From Podarcis gaigeae (taxonomy: Eukaryota), in the NCBI GenBank assembly GCA_964106915.2, contig OZ066917.1: 64,000 nucleotides of DNA; one strand, 5' to 3'. Shown here piece after piece: positions 21,695-36,600 of this stretch. Below the pieces are notes generated by a model. That model saw only the letters and a list, made by a program, of their open reading frames with translations, did no database searches and was not told where the DNA came from. Each line of letters opens with the position of its first letter. Positions within the stretch are counted from its first letter, which is position 1. Both the position numbers and the translations under genes were made by a program.

Positions 21695-23469
21695 TCCCAG
21701 CGCCTCCCTTCTGTTCTGAAGTCTGGTCTGCACGTGTTTTCAACCTCACCCCCCCCAAGTCCATGCCTTCTTCTCCCCTTTCCTTTTCCGCAACCTCCAC
21801 CTTGTTCACAGGCAATCTCCAGGGTCATCTCCCACATCTCCATCCTCCCACACATTGCAACTACTAAGCACCCTTTTCCCGTTCCACCCAATTATGAAGC
21901 CACCCCTGCTCCTTCATCTTCACCCCATTCCCATGCCTCCTGCCCCCTTTTAGCAACCCTCCTTTGCACTCTCCCATTTTCTCCTTCACCCTTTCCCCTC
22001 CCTCTCTCCAACTACCCCTTCCACACAGAGCACCCCCCTTTCCATACCAACTTCCTATCCTGCAGCTCCCTTTGCGCAGACACACAATTTTCACCACCAC
22101 CCTTACCAACTCCTCTTTGCATAGAGACAACCCCCATTTCCATGCCTCTTCCCTCCTATATCACACTTCTGCAAATATATGTTACTGTATGTTTAAGATT
22201 AATAGAGCAAGGCTGTTTGTTTGTTCAGCTGCAGAAGGTTAAGTGATGGATGTTGCACCTGTATGGGTGTTTGCTTGATAATAAAATGCCTGTCCTAGAT
22301 TACTGCATTGAATTTGGAACTTTGGGCTTATCCACACTTCCTCTTGCCCTGGGGAAAACCACTCTTTAGTGCTCAATCAGCACAAACAGCAATTTGGGTT
22401 TTCCCTGGGTTGCTATTTGTTCTGATCTATTGCTAAGGAATGGGTTTTCCCTTGGGAAGAAGCAGGGCAAGGGGAAAACTGCTTGGACCTGTGCTTTCCA
22501 GGCACAGCAGAAGCAGAAGTGTGGATGAGCCTTTTGTGTAGTAGAGAACACATGGTACCAGAAATGAAATGAAATTTGAGGACTCTTACCTCTCACTATG
22601 AGGCAGCTGAGTGGAAGAAGGGAAGGACTGAGTAAAACAGGGATGCAACAGCGCTGAAGGGGGAAGGGGTTTTCAGACAATGGCAAATGTCTGAGGAGAG
22701 CAAGCTGAGTGAGATTCTGAGAGGAAAGAAACAGTGGTCTAAAACAAGGTTTGAATACAGCAAGAAGCAAGTTGAGAATGATTTTGCTGTGCTGGCTTTC
22801 TGATGTTGGCTTCTGTATCATAACCATCTCAATTATTTCTCCTTGGTAAAAAAAAATTTAAACCAACGAACAGACAAATGCCTCAGTGTTTCTCCCTTCC
22901 CAATCTATTCAGATATTTCCTGTTGTTTCCTGTTGCCTCTCAGTGTCAGTCCTTTCATGCTCCCATGCCACAACCACGGCTTTTGTGTAACCTGCCTTCT
23001 TTTTTACGCCCCTGCCCTGCCTTCATGAAAATCCAGGATGCTACAGATCCCCCGGTTGGGTCAGCACGGTGATGGACTAGTGCAAATATAGTATTACAAT
23101 ATTAAATAAGCTATCTATGACAAAGAAATAAAATTTTAAAAGCAAGGGCATTTGATTCTCAGTGCTGCATCTGCACGAACGTTCAGTAAGCAGTGACTCT
23201 CAAGTATCTTAGTAACAGGCCCCATAAGAGTATTTTGTTTCAATATTTTATCCACATAGCTACTACCATTTCTCTTGGGAGTCAGTATTCTCCAAATATT
23301 GTGCCTGAAATCATACACAATCACCAGGTGGTGTCATCAAACTCACTGGGGCTTAACTTCTGAGTAGATATGTGTAAGATTGCCCTATTATGACCCTAAC
23401 TGGAAATTTTTAAAAAAACTAGCTTGGGATGGGGTAGGACCTTCTAAATGGTCTTTTTAAAGGACTTAA

Positions 23470-26400
23470 ATGTTTGATATCCCTTTCACTTTTATTTCAG
23501 AAAAACAAAGAGAAAATATTTTGAACTAATTCATTGCATAGCTTTTCGTTAAGCTTGTCTACAATTAAAAACACAACATTCCCAGATCAGTAAGAATGTT
23601 GCATTTTTGCTCCCATAATCTAAATAAAGACTTGTGTAAAGAAACATGCAAAATATTTTCCAACTTAAAGACCTGGGGAAGGATTTCCAAACAAAACTGA
23701 TGTACAAAAGAAAAACAAAATTGATATCTGCATTATAGAGTATTGAAACAGGAACACAGTAATGTGACAATTGACCTTAATTAAAGCAATGTGAAACTTT
23801 ACTTTTAAAACACAAAGTGAAGAAATCATGCTTTGAGTTCAGAGGTTTCATGTAAAACACATTGATGAATCATAATTATTTTGCCATGCTGGTTCAAATA
23901 TTTCATTAAATGACAAAACAAACTGAACAACTAAGTTTATCAGAGTTTAGATTTTAAAGATTGTCAATTATGAAGATAAAATATTTCCTGATACAACTGA
24001 AGACATGTTTTTTCTCTCTGCCAAAATGCACAGACTCTAACAAATGCCAAGTACCCAAAACATAAGGATTAGATACTATAACTTTTTTTTAGAAATGGGG
24101 CTCCAATGACTTATTTTGCAGACAAAACCCATAATCATTCATCCTACGTAGGTTATGGACCTCAAAGTCTAGCGTGCTTTCCTTTGTATTTCCTGCATCA
24201 ACAAACCAATATTTAAATATGCTATAAAGAGTCTACTTTGTATAATGCTGTTATCACAGGCAGACAAGCACTTGTAAAAGCAGTTGTCATTGACCTATAT
24301 AATAGCCACAATCCGAAGGAGTGGGCATATGAATGAGGTGGAACCACACACACAGTCAAAAGCCTTTTCTAGTTGTCACTGAAGCAAAAGTCTCCTCAAA
24401 ATGATAAACAAGTTTAAGAAAATGTAATTTGGGTTTGGTAAACACAATCTACTTCCACTTGTAATGGCATTCCAATCATCAGTAACATCCAATATGTTTC
24501 AAAGAGAAAGTAAAGCACATTAAGTATTGAGAAATGGATGCTTAGCACATTTCTATCAAATGTGATGCATGTAATTAAACACACCATGATTGGCTGATGC
24601 AGCCTGAATCTCATCATGAATCCTGGATTAGTGGTCCACTTCTGGGTTCCTTTGTAGAGATACTACCTCATTAAAGTGATACTAACTTTCCTACAGTTGA
24701 ACTGGAAATCCCAATACATCTTTTGTACCTTTCTCTTGTACTACAAGAATTTTTAAAACATGTCCTTTTGACCATACATGGCCAGGCTACAGTGCTATCC
24801 CAAAAACACAGCTCAAGCCTTCTGCCCTGTTTTTTGCACATTAATGGCATAGCAAGCATACAGCTAGTTCTGGACACCTACTGCAGTTTATTTTTCTTAA
24901 CCGTGTGCGGCATTCAACTGAGTTTTACTCAAAGGAGACCTGCTGAAGGTAAGGACATGATGACTTAGGTAGGTCTACTCATTTCATAAAGTTCGACTTG
25001 GAGTAAAACTAGAATACCATTCTCTTTTGGTAGATCAGTTTACTATCTCAGGAGAAGGATGCCAATACATACACCAGTCATAAATAATAGCACCATTTAA
25101 AGACACATCAAAATAAACTACACTCATTCATCTAATGTGATGATTGAAAATGATTACTTAGCTCGCATGTATTTGGATATCAAGTTTTGAAGGGTTTAAA
25201 ATTTTCTTAAGTCCAGCAATGCTTTTCCAAACATTTCTGTGGATAAGAGAAAGTTTCAAGGTATCTGGGCAGAGCTGCAATTTCTAGCTCAGTGCTGTTA
25301 TAACTGTTCCAACCAACTGCAATGAAACTAAACAAAAACACAACTCAGCAAGGAAAGGCAGAGCATTTGCCACCTCCCAGTTTCAGGTATATCAAGAATT
25401 TGCTTGTGCTGAAGGGTAGAAGACCCATGTCCAGAACTGAGCAGAAAGTTGGAGTTCAAACCCAGAATCATCAAACCAAAGATACTGATGATTTGCTTAA
25501 TGTGAAGTCACAGCATATTAGTTACTAGCTGGCATGCTCCAAATTTGACATTTCTAGATCTGTTAACCATGGCTGTGAGAACAGACATGTGCAAATGAAT
25601 TTAACATTAAAATATATACTTCAGAGGCTATGAAATAAATGAAGAATGGTTTGGTTTCCTTTTGTTAAATAAGGCTGCATACAGGGGAGGCCTCTCTTTG
25701 AAATTCAACAGCATTTGGCTGCTTTGTATTTTAAAAGGGCATACAGCGGCCAATATAAACTCATGTCATGTGGAAAATACTTTGCACAGTAAACTGTTTG
25801 CATGCAGGTAGCCCATCACAGTGGTTTTAATCCCTAGAGCCCAAACTGGGGGGGACGGACCCAAAAGGGTGACAGCAGATCCAAGTGTGAGCTGCAACTG
25901 CCCTCTGTCTTGTACTTAAAATGGCCACAATCTACCACCTGCAAATATGTCTTGGGTACTCCATTCTACATGCCTTTGCCCCAAATCCCCTTTACACTTT
26001 CAGAAAGCCTGCTTTTGCTCTGAATTACATTACAAGCATTTCGAGTCTAGGTGTTTTAAAAATGAAAAGAAAATGTTGCTTTGGGTCTTTCTCTTGCTAA
26101 CACTTTCTAATATCTGGAAGAGAGAGTGGAAATATGCAGCTAAAACAGGGAAACGTTTTTGTATAAGAAAAAAAAGGGGTATGAAGTGCTACTGAAAAAA
26201 GTCAAGAAAGGGTGTTATCTTAGGTAACTATTTTAAAGCCAATAAAACACAATGAACAGACTACCATTGAGCTATGGTACGTTCAGATGCACAAATGTTC
26301 GTTGCATTTCATTAGCTCTTTCAATGGTGGTGTTTAAATGTTGTGGTTTTAATGAGGCCTGGTATTATTCCTATATAAACTTGCTACATTATACAAACGT

Positions 26401-29101
26401 TTCCCCAAACAAACCTCTTGTAAACATTTTTTCACATCTTAACACTCTTCAGAAAATTTCAAAAAGCATGAAAGAGAAATTATGGGTTAGCCCAACTTTC
26501 ACACAACTGTAAAAGTGAGTGTGGTGTCTATCTAGGCTTTATGCAAAGCGTTTCAGTACATTCTTGATCTAAGGTTGTCATCTCTCAGCTGTCCCCTTGC
26601 TTTGTATTCGTAGCTTTCTAAGGCTGTATTTTTCCTCCCCTTGTGAGGAGATCACAGCACTCTTGTCAACCTCTGTCTGCTGCCTTGCTTATCTGGTGGT
26701 CAGGAGAGTACCTGTGGAATATGAGATAAAAATAAGACATGTACTCTGTAAAGTGGGTCTATTTTAGCATTAATTGTAGTAGTGTGGTTGTCAATGAAAA
26801 AAAACAACACTTCTGTATAGTAGGGGATGGTTAACATAACATCTCAGATCTTGTGCTGTCTATACCAGTGCTAAGCTACCTGGACAGACAAATAATGATG
26901 GTGTAGAGACATTACTCACCCAGGCCATGTTTTTGGGAAATTGATTATGGATTGTAAAAGAACCTCTATCAAGTAAATAGAGCCATGCTGTCACCATAAC
27001 ATTTGGATTGGGTCTGATATAGCCTAGAGGTAACAGAATAAAAATGTAATTTGTTCTTCCCAACTTCATACTTACCTATACAGGAAAATAGGGCTTGTTG
27101 AAAGGTGCCAACTCTTTTTAAAGCCCACCCAAAAACCCCAGGGAAACAAATTCTTTGAAGGCTTCGTAGAATCAGGACTTCCAACCAAGTTAATTTATCA
27201 CATTCAGCTAGAGATAAATCTGGATTTTGTTGGTGCAGATAACGTCACCCAGTTCCTCCAAATAGCTAACCAAGCCCCCAGGGCCTATTATCTAAAGCAA
27301 GCAATGGGAAAATACGAACTCCCAGTAGTGTCAACGGCACTACACACAAGACTATAAACAAATTCAAGAGGTATGGGGTGGGGAGCTAATGACATTTATG
27401 GTGAAGGCTAATTTATCATCACTATTTTTGAGTGCTGAATGGTATAGTTAGTATGTTGAAGCATTGTTGAGATTGTGCAAGTAAGGTTGTGCTTGAGAAA
27501 TTCATTTTTATCTTAACCTTATCACATACTTTGGCTATAAAAACAACAAACAATTGAGAAGAGGCAATAGTGCGGGGGAAAGATGTATCGCAGTTCAGAG
27601 GCTAATATCCATGTTCTTTCAACAGGTGTGAAGTGTGTACTGCTATAGATTTTATCTTGATTATAAGGCAAGATTGTGGGTTTTTACTCCCTATGAATAC
27701 CGATTTATCAAATCGCTTGAGAAACAGGTTTCGATATAGACTGGAATGTAACATTAGTTGATACGGAATACAAATCAATGCTTAACAATAACCAAGACCC
27801 CATTAAGGACTGGGTCCTTCTCACATCACCACTTTATGCCACAATAGGCTGTACCACTATGGGATAGCAGAGATCCATAGAATATGACATAGGCATTTTT
27901 ATTCAATTTGGACTGTTTTCATAACCTTCCAAATAGGAGTACTAAACATTTTTCTCATGCTCAATACAGTCATCATCCCAATTCTTAGAGAATTTATAAA
28001 AATATTTTACTCCAATAACCTGATAAGGTAAAAATAAGTGTTTTATAGCAAATTATGAACAGACTCACTAGCTATGAGTAGAGCTGCTAAGTTGCAATCC
28101 AGAAATCCCCCTTGTACCATTAAATCTACCACTGAATTGGGACACTGCTTCTTTTGCCCATTCCACTTCCTTTGTTGCCCTCCCCGCCATCTCAACCCCA
28201 CATATTTCAAGTAGGATTCCAGCATGCCACAGGGCAGGTGGATAAAACGACAAGTAGCAGCTGTGTCAGTGACAAATTCCAAAGGTACAGGGAGAATCTA
28301 GGGTTTCCACCGAACAACTAAATGAGAAATTAAGTTCATTTTAAATGCCATACATTCGTTACTGACTCACATGTTTCCACTTTCTTTTATGTGTTTTGTT
28401 GCCCATTTCAGACTGGCAGGTTTTTTTTAAGGTGCAGAAGCATCTTTCAAATCTACATGGCTAACTTCATAAACAAATCCCAAACACTAGTCTGACATGC
28501 TTTACATTTACATTGTTAAACCACCTAGAGTAATCTTAAAATGACAGGACTAATTGCATAACTCTCCAGGAGACTGAAGTACTTTCAAATTCTCCCACCA
28601 GGGCAATTTCATATGTCACAAAACTGCAGCAGAGATGATGATAGACAACAGCAACCATTGAGTAAGATGATGATTGTGTGATGGGTATATATTTAAACCC
28701 ATGCTAATGTAAAATTAACTCACCCGCGAGGCATCCATCATCTTTCCCCCAGGACTGCAGTCCCATGACCCCCCCATTCCCTTATTAGGGGAATCTGGGA
28801 TCAATTTTGTGAGTGAAAAAATTACCCTGAGAAAATAATGGGGTGATTATGTTTTTTTTCTCTCTCTCTTAAATTACTAGAATTTCAAAACCAAAACCAA
28901 AAACAACACATTTGAAAGAAGTTGCTGCACCTGTAAAGACACTCTTTAAGCCGACTATGAAATACAAAAAGTGCACTCTTCTATATCTACATATAAAACA
29001 TATTAGAAATAAAACTTGTGTAAAATGTTTGCTGTGCAAACTATAAAAAGTCAGTCAGTCTATTGTTTTTCCTATATATTTAGGCCAGATTCTCTTGCTT
29101 C
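23470..29101 (-). other. PKNOX1: Probable long PKNOX1 3'UTR
   Basis: AT-rich stretch after the stop with few recognisable repeats; - strand AATAAA at 23491-23496; end not verifiable. Confidence 0.35.
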
Positions 29102-29313
29102 CTATTGCAGAGAATCACTGTTATCCAAGACCAGCCCACTGATGTTTGTGGTTGAGAGGTCTGCTCCATCATCTTCAGTGCTGTCCACAGATTCATCCTC
29201 ACTTTGCCCTGCCATCATGACTTGTTGAACAGCCAAAGTAGTACCATCAGACGAAAGAGATTGCAGACTGTCTACATTCATGTTGACTGGGGCTGTAATT
29301 GTTACAACTGCTC
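29102..29313 (-). CDS. PKNOX1: PKNOX1 last coding exon (GAVVTITAPVNMN...DNSDSLQ*)
   Basis: 212 bp to TAG. Confidence 0.96.
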
Positions 29314-30625
29314 CTGAGAATGGGGAGGAAAAACAAGGGTCCAGTTGGAACAACAATTCAATTCTTTTACAAAATCCACAGTTCTTAGTCTGAAAAACCT
29401 ATTAATGAAAGCCAAAGATCTAAAAATTAAAAGTGAATGAAAGTTGAATAAGCTATTTGAATTATCTTTCCCCATACAAGTAATTTTGAAAAAGTTTTAG
29501 TCTACACTATTGAGATTTCTGAGTTTTGAGCATCTTGGAACACATTTCTCATTTATCTTAATAAACAGTAGGTTTGTACTTTTAAAATTGGGCAGCCAAT
29601 GAAAAGCAATCCCAAAGCTGTTAACTTTTAAGGCTACAATTCTATATACAATTCCTTGAGGACAAGCCCCAGTGAACAAAGTGGAACTTGCTTCTGAATA
29701 AACATGTGTGAGGCTGAAAGTGTGTACCAGACACAGGCATGTTTAACCACATTGAGCCATTACAGACCTTTGTTTATATGAATGGAGGGCAAAATAATTC
29801 AATTTGGCACATGGATCATGTGATCCATGAAGAACTGCTGCTATGCTAAGGTCATGTTCCTAATTGCCTGATCAGTGCTGATGGAGGGAGCTACAGCTGG
29901 GTAGAGGTGTCCATCTACTTGGCTCTGGTGGGCTCCACTGGCTGCAGAGACATATGCTGAAAGCATAGCTGATTGGGCAGTTACCTCCAGCAGTATTCCC
30001 ACTGCCCAAACAGGGTGCTCCAGTGCTGAAGCAGGGCTGGGGATGAATCTGATGGATCCTCAGCAGGCCAACTGCCAGAAAAGAGGCCCAATTCAGACCC
30101 ACCCCCTGCTGCACCAGCCTGGAGCTGGCACGGCAGAAGAGGAAACTGGCCCCCAACTGGTCTGCCTTCAACAGTGTGAGCAGCAGTGCTTCAAGTTGGG
30201 GGTTAGAATTGCTCTGAAATCCATTTACGTCAAGGGATTATGTTTACTAGAGAGATTGCACCCCTTTCATTCATACAAACTGTTTGCAAAATTGTCTGAC
30301 AGGCTCAGGAGAGTCTCTAAAACATCCAGTTTGCAAAGAGTAAATAAATAAATAAAGCTGAGGAATCTGCTCACCGTCTGACATTGTAAGTTCATTTGAT
30401 TGATGCTGAGCTACTCCTGATGCAATGGAGTCTGGCCAGAACCTTTGAACTGGTCGGTTTTGAGCTGTTTTCTTCTTTGTTTTTGGAGTTTCAGAACAGC
30501 TGGAGTCCAACATTGGCTGAAGAATTCGTCTTCTAGCATTGATAAACCTAAAATGACCAAAAATTAATCTTATGAAGACATCCATAAAATCAGATTCTCT
30601 ATACCCAAGCCCAGTGCTGAGCAGG

Positions 30626-30663
<38 letters not shown>

Positions 30664-33600
30664 ACTGATACAAAGGGAGTATGATTCTGCTGCCTTTGGG
30701 TGTGGTAGAGAGTTCCCTGCAGGGAGCTTTCTGGCATACTGAAATTCAGTGCTTAGCAGAATCGCCTCCACACAACATTAGTCAATGTGAAGGGAGGGTG
30801 ATTCTGCTTGGTCCGGGTGCTCCTTGTTTCTCCTGTCCTGTCAAAGGAGAGGAGTGGGGAAACAATCACTTTGCCAGCCCTTTGTTCGGATCTTCCCAAA
30901 GCACAGAACATGGGCCTGATAAAGTGGTACCAAAATGCAAGTCCTGCACAAGGGATTCTCAGAGCTGGGCAAGACAACACACCTGGTCAATCATGTGGCA
31001 TACTCACTTGTGAAGGATGATTCCAGTAAGGATCTGACCCATGACCACCTTTGTCCTACATCAATCCCGTCCAGTTTTAGCTTTACATAGCAGCCCAAAG
31101 GAAAATGCTATATATTTCTATGTGACTTTTCAATATAGGTGAATTTTGTAACACAAAAAATGGCATATTCGTTGTTTCTTACCAGTTGTTAACCTGAAGT
31201 AATGTCAGATTGGTTTGTGCTGCTATCTGTTTTTTCTCATCCTCTGTTGGATATGGATGCTACAGACAGGAAGGGGGATGGAAAAGGTATAAAAACTTAC
31301 TTTTTGACTCTTAAAGATATGCAATAAGCACAATGCAAAAATCTGCAACCATAAAGCAAAAGGAATACAATTTAGTGTGGGATTAATTCTATGCTAATTA
31401 GATAATTTCTGACCAGATAAACTAATTTTTGACAACACACGTCACAATGATTTCATATGTGTAGATTGAAATTTTCATTGTTTTATGTAATATGTTGATT
31501 TTATGACACTGATTACAGATAATAATTTATTACTCTAATAATGAAAGCAACATTATTATTTAGACTCCTACTTCTGTGAACTTAAAATACTCACTGCTAT
31601 TACAAAAACCAACGCATTCTCATCCCTAGTACTCCAATTTCTAGTCTCTGGCGCTAGTTCCCAGAAAAAATTTATTCACAGGTAAGGAATTGAAAAAGAC
31701 TGCAAGGGAAAGGAAATCTACAATAACTTCAAGGATTCTGTCACCTGCAGGGATCTCCAAACTCTTTTTACTCTTTACTTAAAAAAAATAAAAAATTAGC
31801 CTCAATTTTTTGTTGCTATATTAAGTTTTATGAAATCATAAAATAAACTAGCCAGTTTCCCCCAGATGTAATGAATGTATTCCCCCCCCCCCGAATTCTC
31901 ACAGAAAATTTAAATTCCCTATCTTTTCAGCATATTAGCTGGCAGAGCAATCTTTGCTGATATCCCTGATCCATTGACAGTTACTGGCCCTGTTTAGGCA
32001 TAACTGATAAGACAATTAGTAATTGGGTGCAATATAAACTGAGATTATTAAAATGCTTAGCACAGTAACAGAAGAAGTAGATAGTAAACTGTCAAGCATT
32101 TATTATTTAAATGGATGCAATAAAAAACATTCCCTCCCAGGAAAAAAGAAGGCAAGTGCTAGCTTCAGAACATCTTTAACCTAGCTCTATGCAAATCTAA
32201 TATCCAGTGAAGTCATGAAACCTAAAAGAAAGCCAGAAAGGGCGTCAACATCAACGTTCAAATGTTAACCAGGTTGACCACTACATGATTTTTTAAAAAA
32301 GAATTAACAATATAACTTTATCCTTAAATGTCCATGTGGGGGAGGGGATTATTCTCTCAGCTGTCCTTGCTAGATGGCATGATCCTTTGGGAACACAGCA
32401 TGTGATAAAGCTGGATTTATCACATTGTGTCATATGGTAGGGATGAAATACCGTGTGGAGTTAAATAAAAGCATTACCAATTAAAAATCTACAAGAGAAA
32501 CATAGCTATTTCTAGTACTATCTATAATGTACTAAGTACAGTAATTCTAGTAATTTATCAGGAACTGTTAAGAAATAATACAGACCCATTTTTGTCTCCT
32601 TTTAGTATCATAAGATGTTATGCAGTACAGTTCAAAAGGGAATACTGGACCACATATTACATTTAGCCATGCAGAAAGTTCAAGCTATTTTAATACCTTT
32701 GGATGAAGCCACCAGCACTGGTAGCTTGTTACATATATTGCTCTATCTGCTAGAGCTGAAAATACTACTGCCTAAACAGTACAATTTGAGGGGATTGAGT
32801 ATAATAAATTTGATCACGAGTAGATGGACTGTGGAGCATTCCTGTTGAGCGTTCTTCCCCTACCTCCAAAAACATTCAGCCAAAGGGACTGAATTCTTTA
32901 CAAAAGTACATATAACATGCAAATTAAGAAGAAAACCTGTAAAAACGTTTGTCTGAGGCCCCTTTTGAGAGTGTGGAGTGCATTTAGTAAGGCAATCTGC
33001 ACAAAGAAACATGCTACTGTATTCTAGCCCCCTAGGAACTGTTCAGATTAACAGAGATATAAATATATCCCTCAAAGGACTACTGTTCAAGGGAGCACAG
33101 GATTAAAAAAAAATCCTCAGCATGATGTAATAAAACCAAAAATATCTATAAAATTTAATATCACAAGGTTATATAATAGACATCTACTGAATTTGAGCCT
33201 GATTCAACTCTAAATACCAAGTTAATATATTCTGAGTAGGTAGTTAAAAGCTTCAGATTTTGCCAAAACATATCCCCCTCATGCACATACCAGCAGAAAT
33301 GATCAGAACAGTAGTGATTCCCAAATCACTGTGATCAACCTTACCCCTATGTGCTGGAAAAGCCAAGACCTCATCACATTTGTAGCATGCTTTGGAAGAA
33401 CTCCTCTCTTATTTTTTGATGACCCGTCATCTTGATGCAAGATGCTTAAATCTTGGTTTAATTGTAACTGGAGCTGCACAGAGATTCAGAATTAGCAGGC
33501 AGTTAGTAACACACCATAATATTACCATGGTTTTTAAAATATTTCACTAAAAATGCTTATAATATAAAACAAACCTGTGAATTCTGGATCCTGATGGTTC

Positions 33601-36600
33601 CAGGTGACAAAGCTTGTGTCACTACTTGACCTTGAGGTGTGACCACAGTCACTGGCTGATACACCGTACCACCTTAAAAGAATATTATAGCAATATTACA
33701 CTACAGCAAAGGCACAGTATGATGATAACATTTTCATATAGATGTCATTAAACAAAGAAAACAATAAACTATTTACACAACACACAAAACTTACTTTAAA
33801 ACTTCGCTATAATTTTAACTTCGCTATCATTTTACATAAGCTTGTTGTTGTTTTTTTAAAAAAAGAAGAATAGACAATTGCATTTGATTCACCTTTCCAT
33901 GCAGCCATTATTGTGAAGATGCTAGGCCAGCTAGTTGCATAATAATTTGTATTTGAATAATATAAAATAATAATGTTTTCATCAGCAGCCATTATTATTA
34001 TTACTTATTAAATTTGCATACTGCCCTTTATCCAAAGATCCCACGGCTACTCACAACAGAAAAATAAAAATGAGGATACAAAAAACTTAATAAAACAAAC
34101 ATTCCACACGGCTGCTTCAATAGGAGAGCCATAAACATGGCCCATTTCATTGGTTTGGCTCCCTCCCTCCCATAACTGTCTGCTTCAGTCAACCTGGTCA
34201 TTTTATCAGTTATTTTGTATGCATTTGTATTGAATGTTCTCATTTTCCTCATCCTTTCCCTACCCCCCCATTTTTTATACCATGCCTACCTGCTTATATG
34301 CCATTATTTTAAATTGTAAATGACCTTGACTACACAGGCAGAAAGGCGACATATAAACATAGTAATCAAAAAATCATCTTAAGAATTCCTTTTCTTAGTC
34401 ACTTAACAGACACAAACTACATCTACGATGAGCGCAGTGTTTGAATTTTTATTCAGTGCTTCCTACCTGCAACGGTTGCCATAGTTACATTTCCCTGCTG
34501 CAAGGCTGATGCAGGTACCATAATCCCCTGGGGACTGAGTGTACCTGTGATGGCACTTTGAATTGGCTAGAAATAGTAAACAACAAAAATTACATGAACT
34601 TATAACAAAGGATGCTCCTGTCACTTTAAGTTAAAATGGTACTGTACCAAATATAAGATGTTCAAAACATAAACCCGATGAGGATAATGATGATGTCATC
34701 ACTACCAACCAGTATGATCAAAAACAGTGATGAAACTAGTATGAGAAGGAAATTCAATGAAAGGAGGTGGTAAATAACCTAGATATTTCAGTTTGACAGT
34801 ATGTTGCATTTATATTTGGTTTTCCAAGTGTGGGTTTTCTTCTCCACATTGGACCGCCTATCAGAATATAGAACAGATATGCAAATTCTGGATCAGAAGT
34901 AACCCAGCTGACAGTGCTTATCCCATTTAATATTAGGCTAGTCACATGCTACTGTAATCAAAGTGCTTGTAAAAAAGACAATTGATAAATTTTAGTCAAT
35001 GCACTACATATTTAGGAATTGTTATTCTACAATAATTTAGAATATCCCAACATTTAAAAAAAAAAAAGTTTATGCAAATTTGCTTATGGCTGCAACCCTA
35101 TTACCTGGAAGTACGTCTTACTGAACTCATTGGGACTTCAGAATAGACTTGTTTAGAACTGTGTTATAAGTAAAAAAATATGGCAACCACATGTACAGTC
35201 AGAATATATATAACACTGTATTGTTGGGGATGAAATTCTAGCCCTTCTAAAGTTAATGCTAGAAAAATGCATGAATCCTCACAATTAAACATGGTCAATA
35301 TTTCATTGTTTTCCGCAGCAAATGTAAAGTTTTAAGCACTTAAAATTTGAACTTTTTGGATCTTTTGCAAACTTAAAATTTATCTGATTTATTGAGGTAT
35401 CAGCCAAATCTACAGGTAAGTCTAGATGACAATGCAATTTACAATTAGTACACTGACATGGGGCTGGCATGATGGATGCAATGAAACACAATGAAGAAGT
35501 TCAAAAGTATACACCAGTATCTCAATACTAATCGTGATAAACTTAATTTATGCCATGGAACTTGTGAGCAGATGTTGTCTGACTGGCTTCTAGGAGAGCT
35601 CTCATGGTATGAATGGTGAATGTAGCCATATGCTAAAGTTTTGAGAGGTGTGCTCTGAAATTATAGCAATTCTGATGGCATTTTGACTTATGTTCAAGGA
35701 AAAGAGAGGGAATGAACAAGATATGAAATTATCTACAAACTTCTGTTCCTCCAGTTACTAGCAATTCAATTTCAAAAATATAATACTTCTGTGTAGCAGT
35801 TGGTTTTTTACACTTTCCAATAAATTAAACAAAACAGAGTGCCTGCATGGACACATTTTTCATTATAGGTGTTATGTATAGGAGGGCCCATAGCTCAGTG
35901 GTAGAGCAAATATTTTCCAAATGGTTCCAGGCTTAAAGTCTGGTATCTCCATATAAAGTATCAGGTACCTGAGGCCTTATAACAGACTCTGCCAAACAGA
36001 GCAAACAATTCTGAGTCCAAGAGATCTGAATTCGTATAACACAGCTTTTGGGCCCTTATGTGCATGGAATGCAGGCTGTGGGATGTGAGGAGCTTTATTT
36101 TATGTCCTGAAGCCTTGTGTATGTGATGAGAGAGCAATCACAGAACCCTATTTCTACATACAAATCACCACTTGCTGGGATGGGGCCATTATCTACAATG
36201 AGATGAACAAAGCCAACCCCCAAATTAGGTTAAGGAGGTAGTGCCAAAGAGGTGCAATGATAATCGTGTCATTTTTGCTCTACTGCTCACATTTTCTGGT
36301 GACTCTTTCCATGAAGACAGCTGCTCCAGCAAATCCAAGCTATCTCTATCATGTTTAAAGTTGCTGGACTGCAGACAAAGAGTTGATAGATTATGATCAT
36401 TCTTTAAGAATTACATTTCCATGTACGTGACTGCTAAGAAAAAGGGAGATCTTATAATCTTAACAATATCACAAATCCTTAAAAACTGCTAGCTTGCCAG
36501 TCACAGATCATCTATTTGTAAATTGCATGGTTTACAAATTCAACCAATACTAACATAGTAATTTATATTTTATCTGCTCTTTCTTTGTTTGTTTTAAAAA

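Noticed and set aside
21595-22246. 211-aa Pro-rich ORF and overlapping ORFs
   Set aside because: Product of a MITE plus low-complexity C-rich sequence; non-ATG starts.
23321-23335. CTCF-like site TCACCAGGTGGTGTC between convergent genes
   Set aside because: Single imperfect match; not supportable without a PWM scan or ChIP data.
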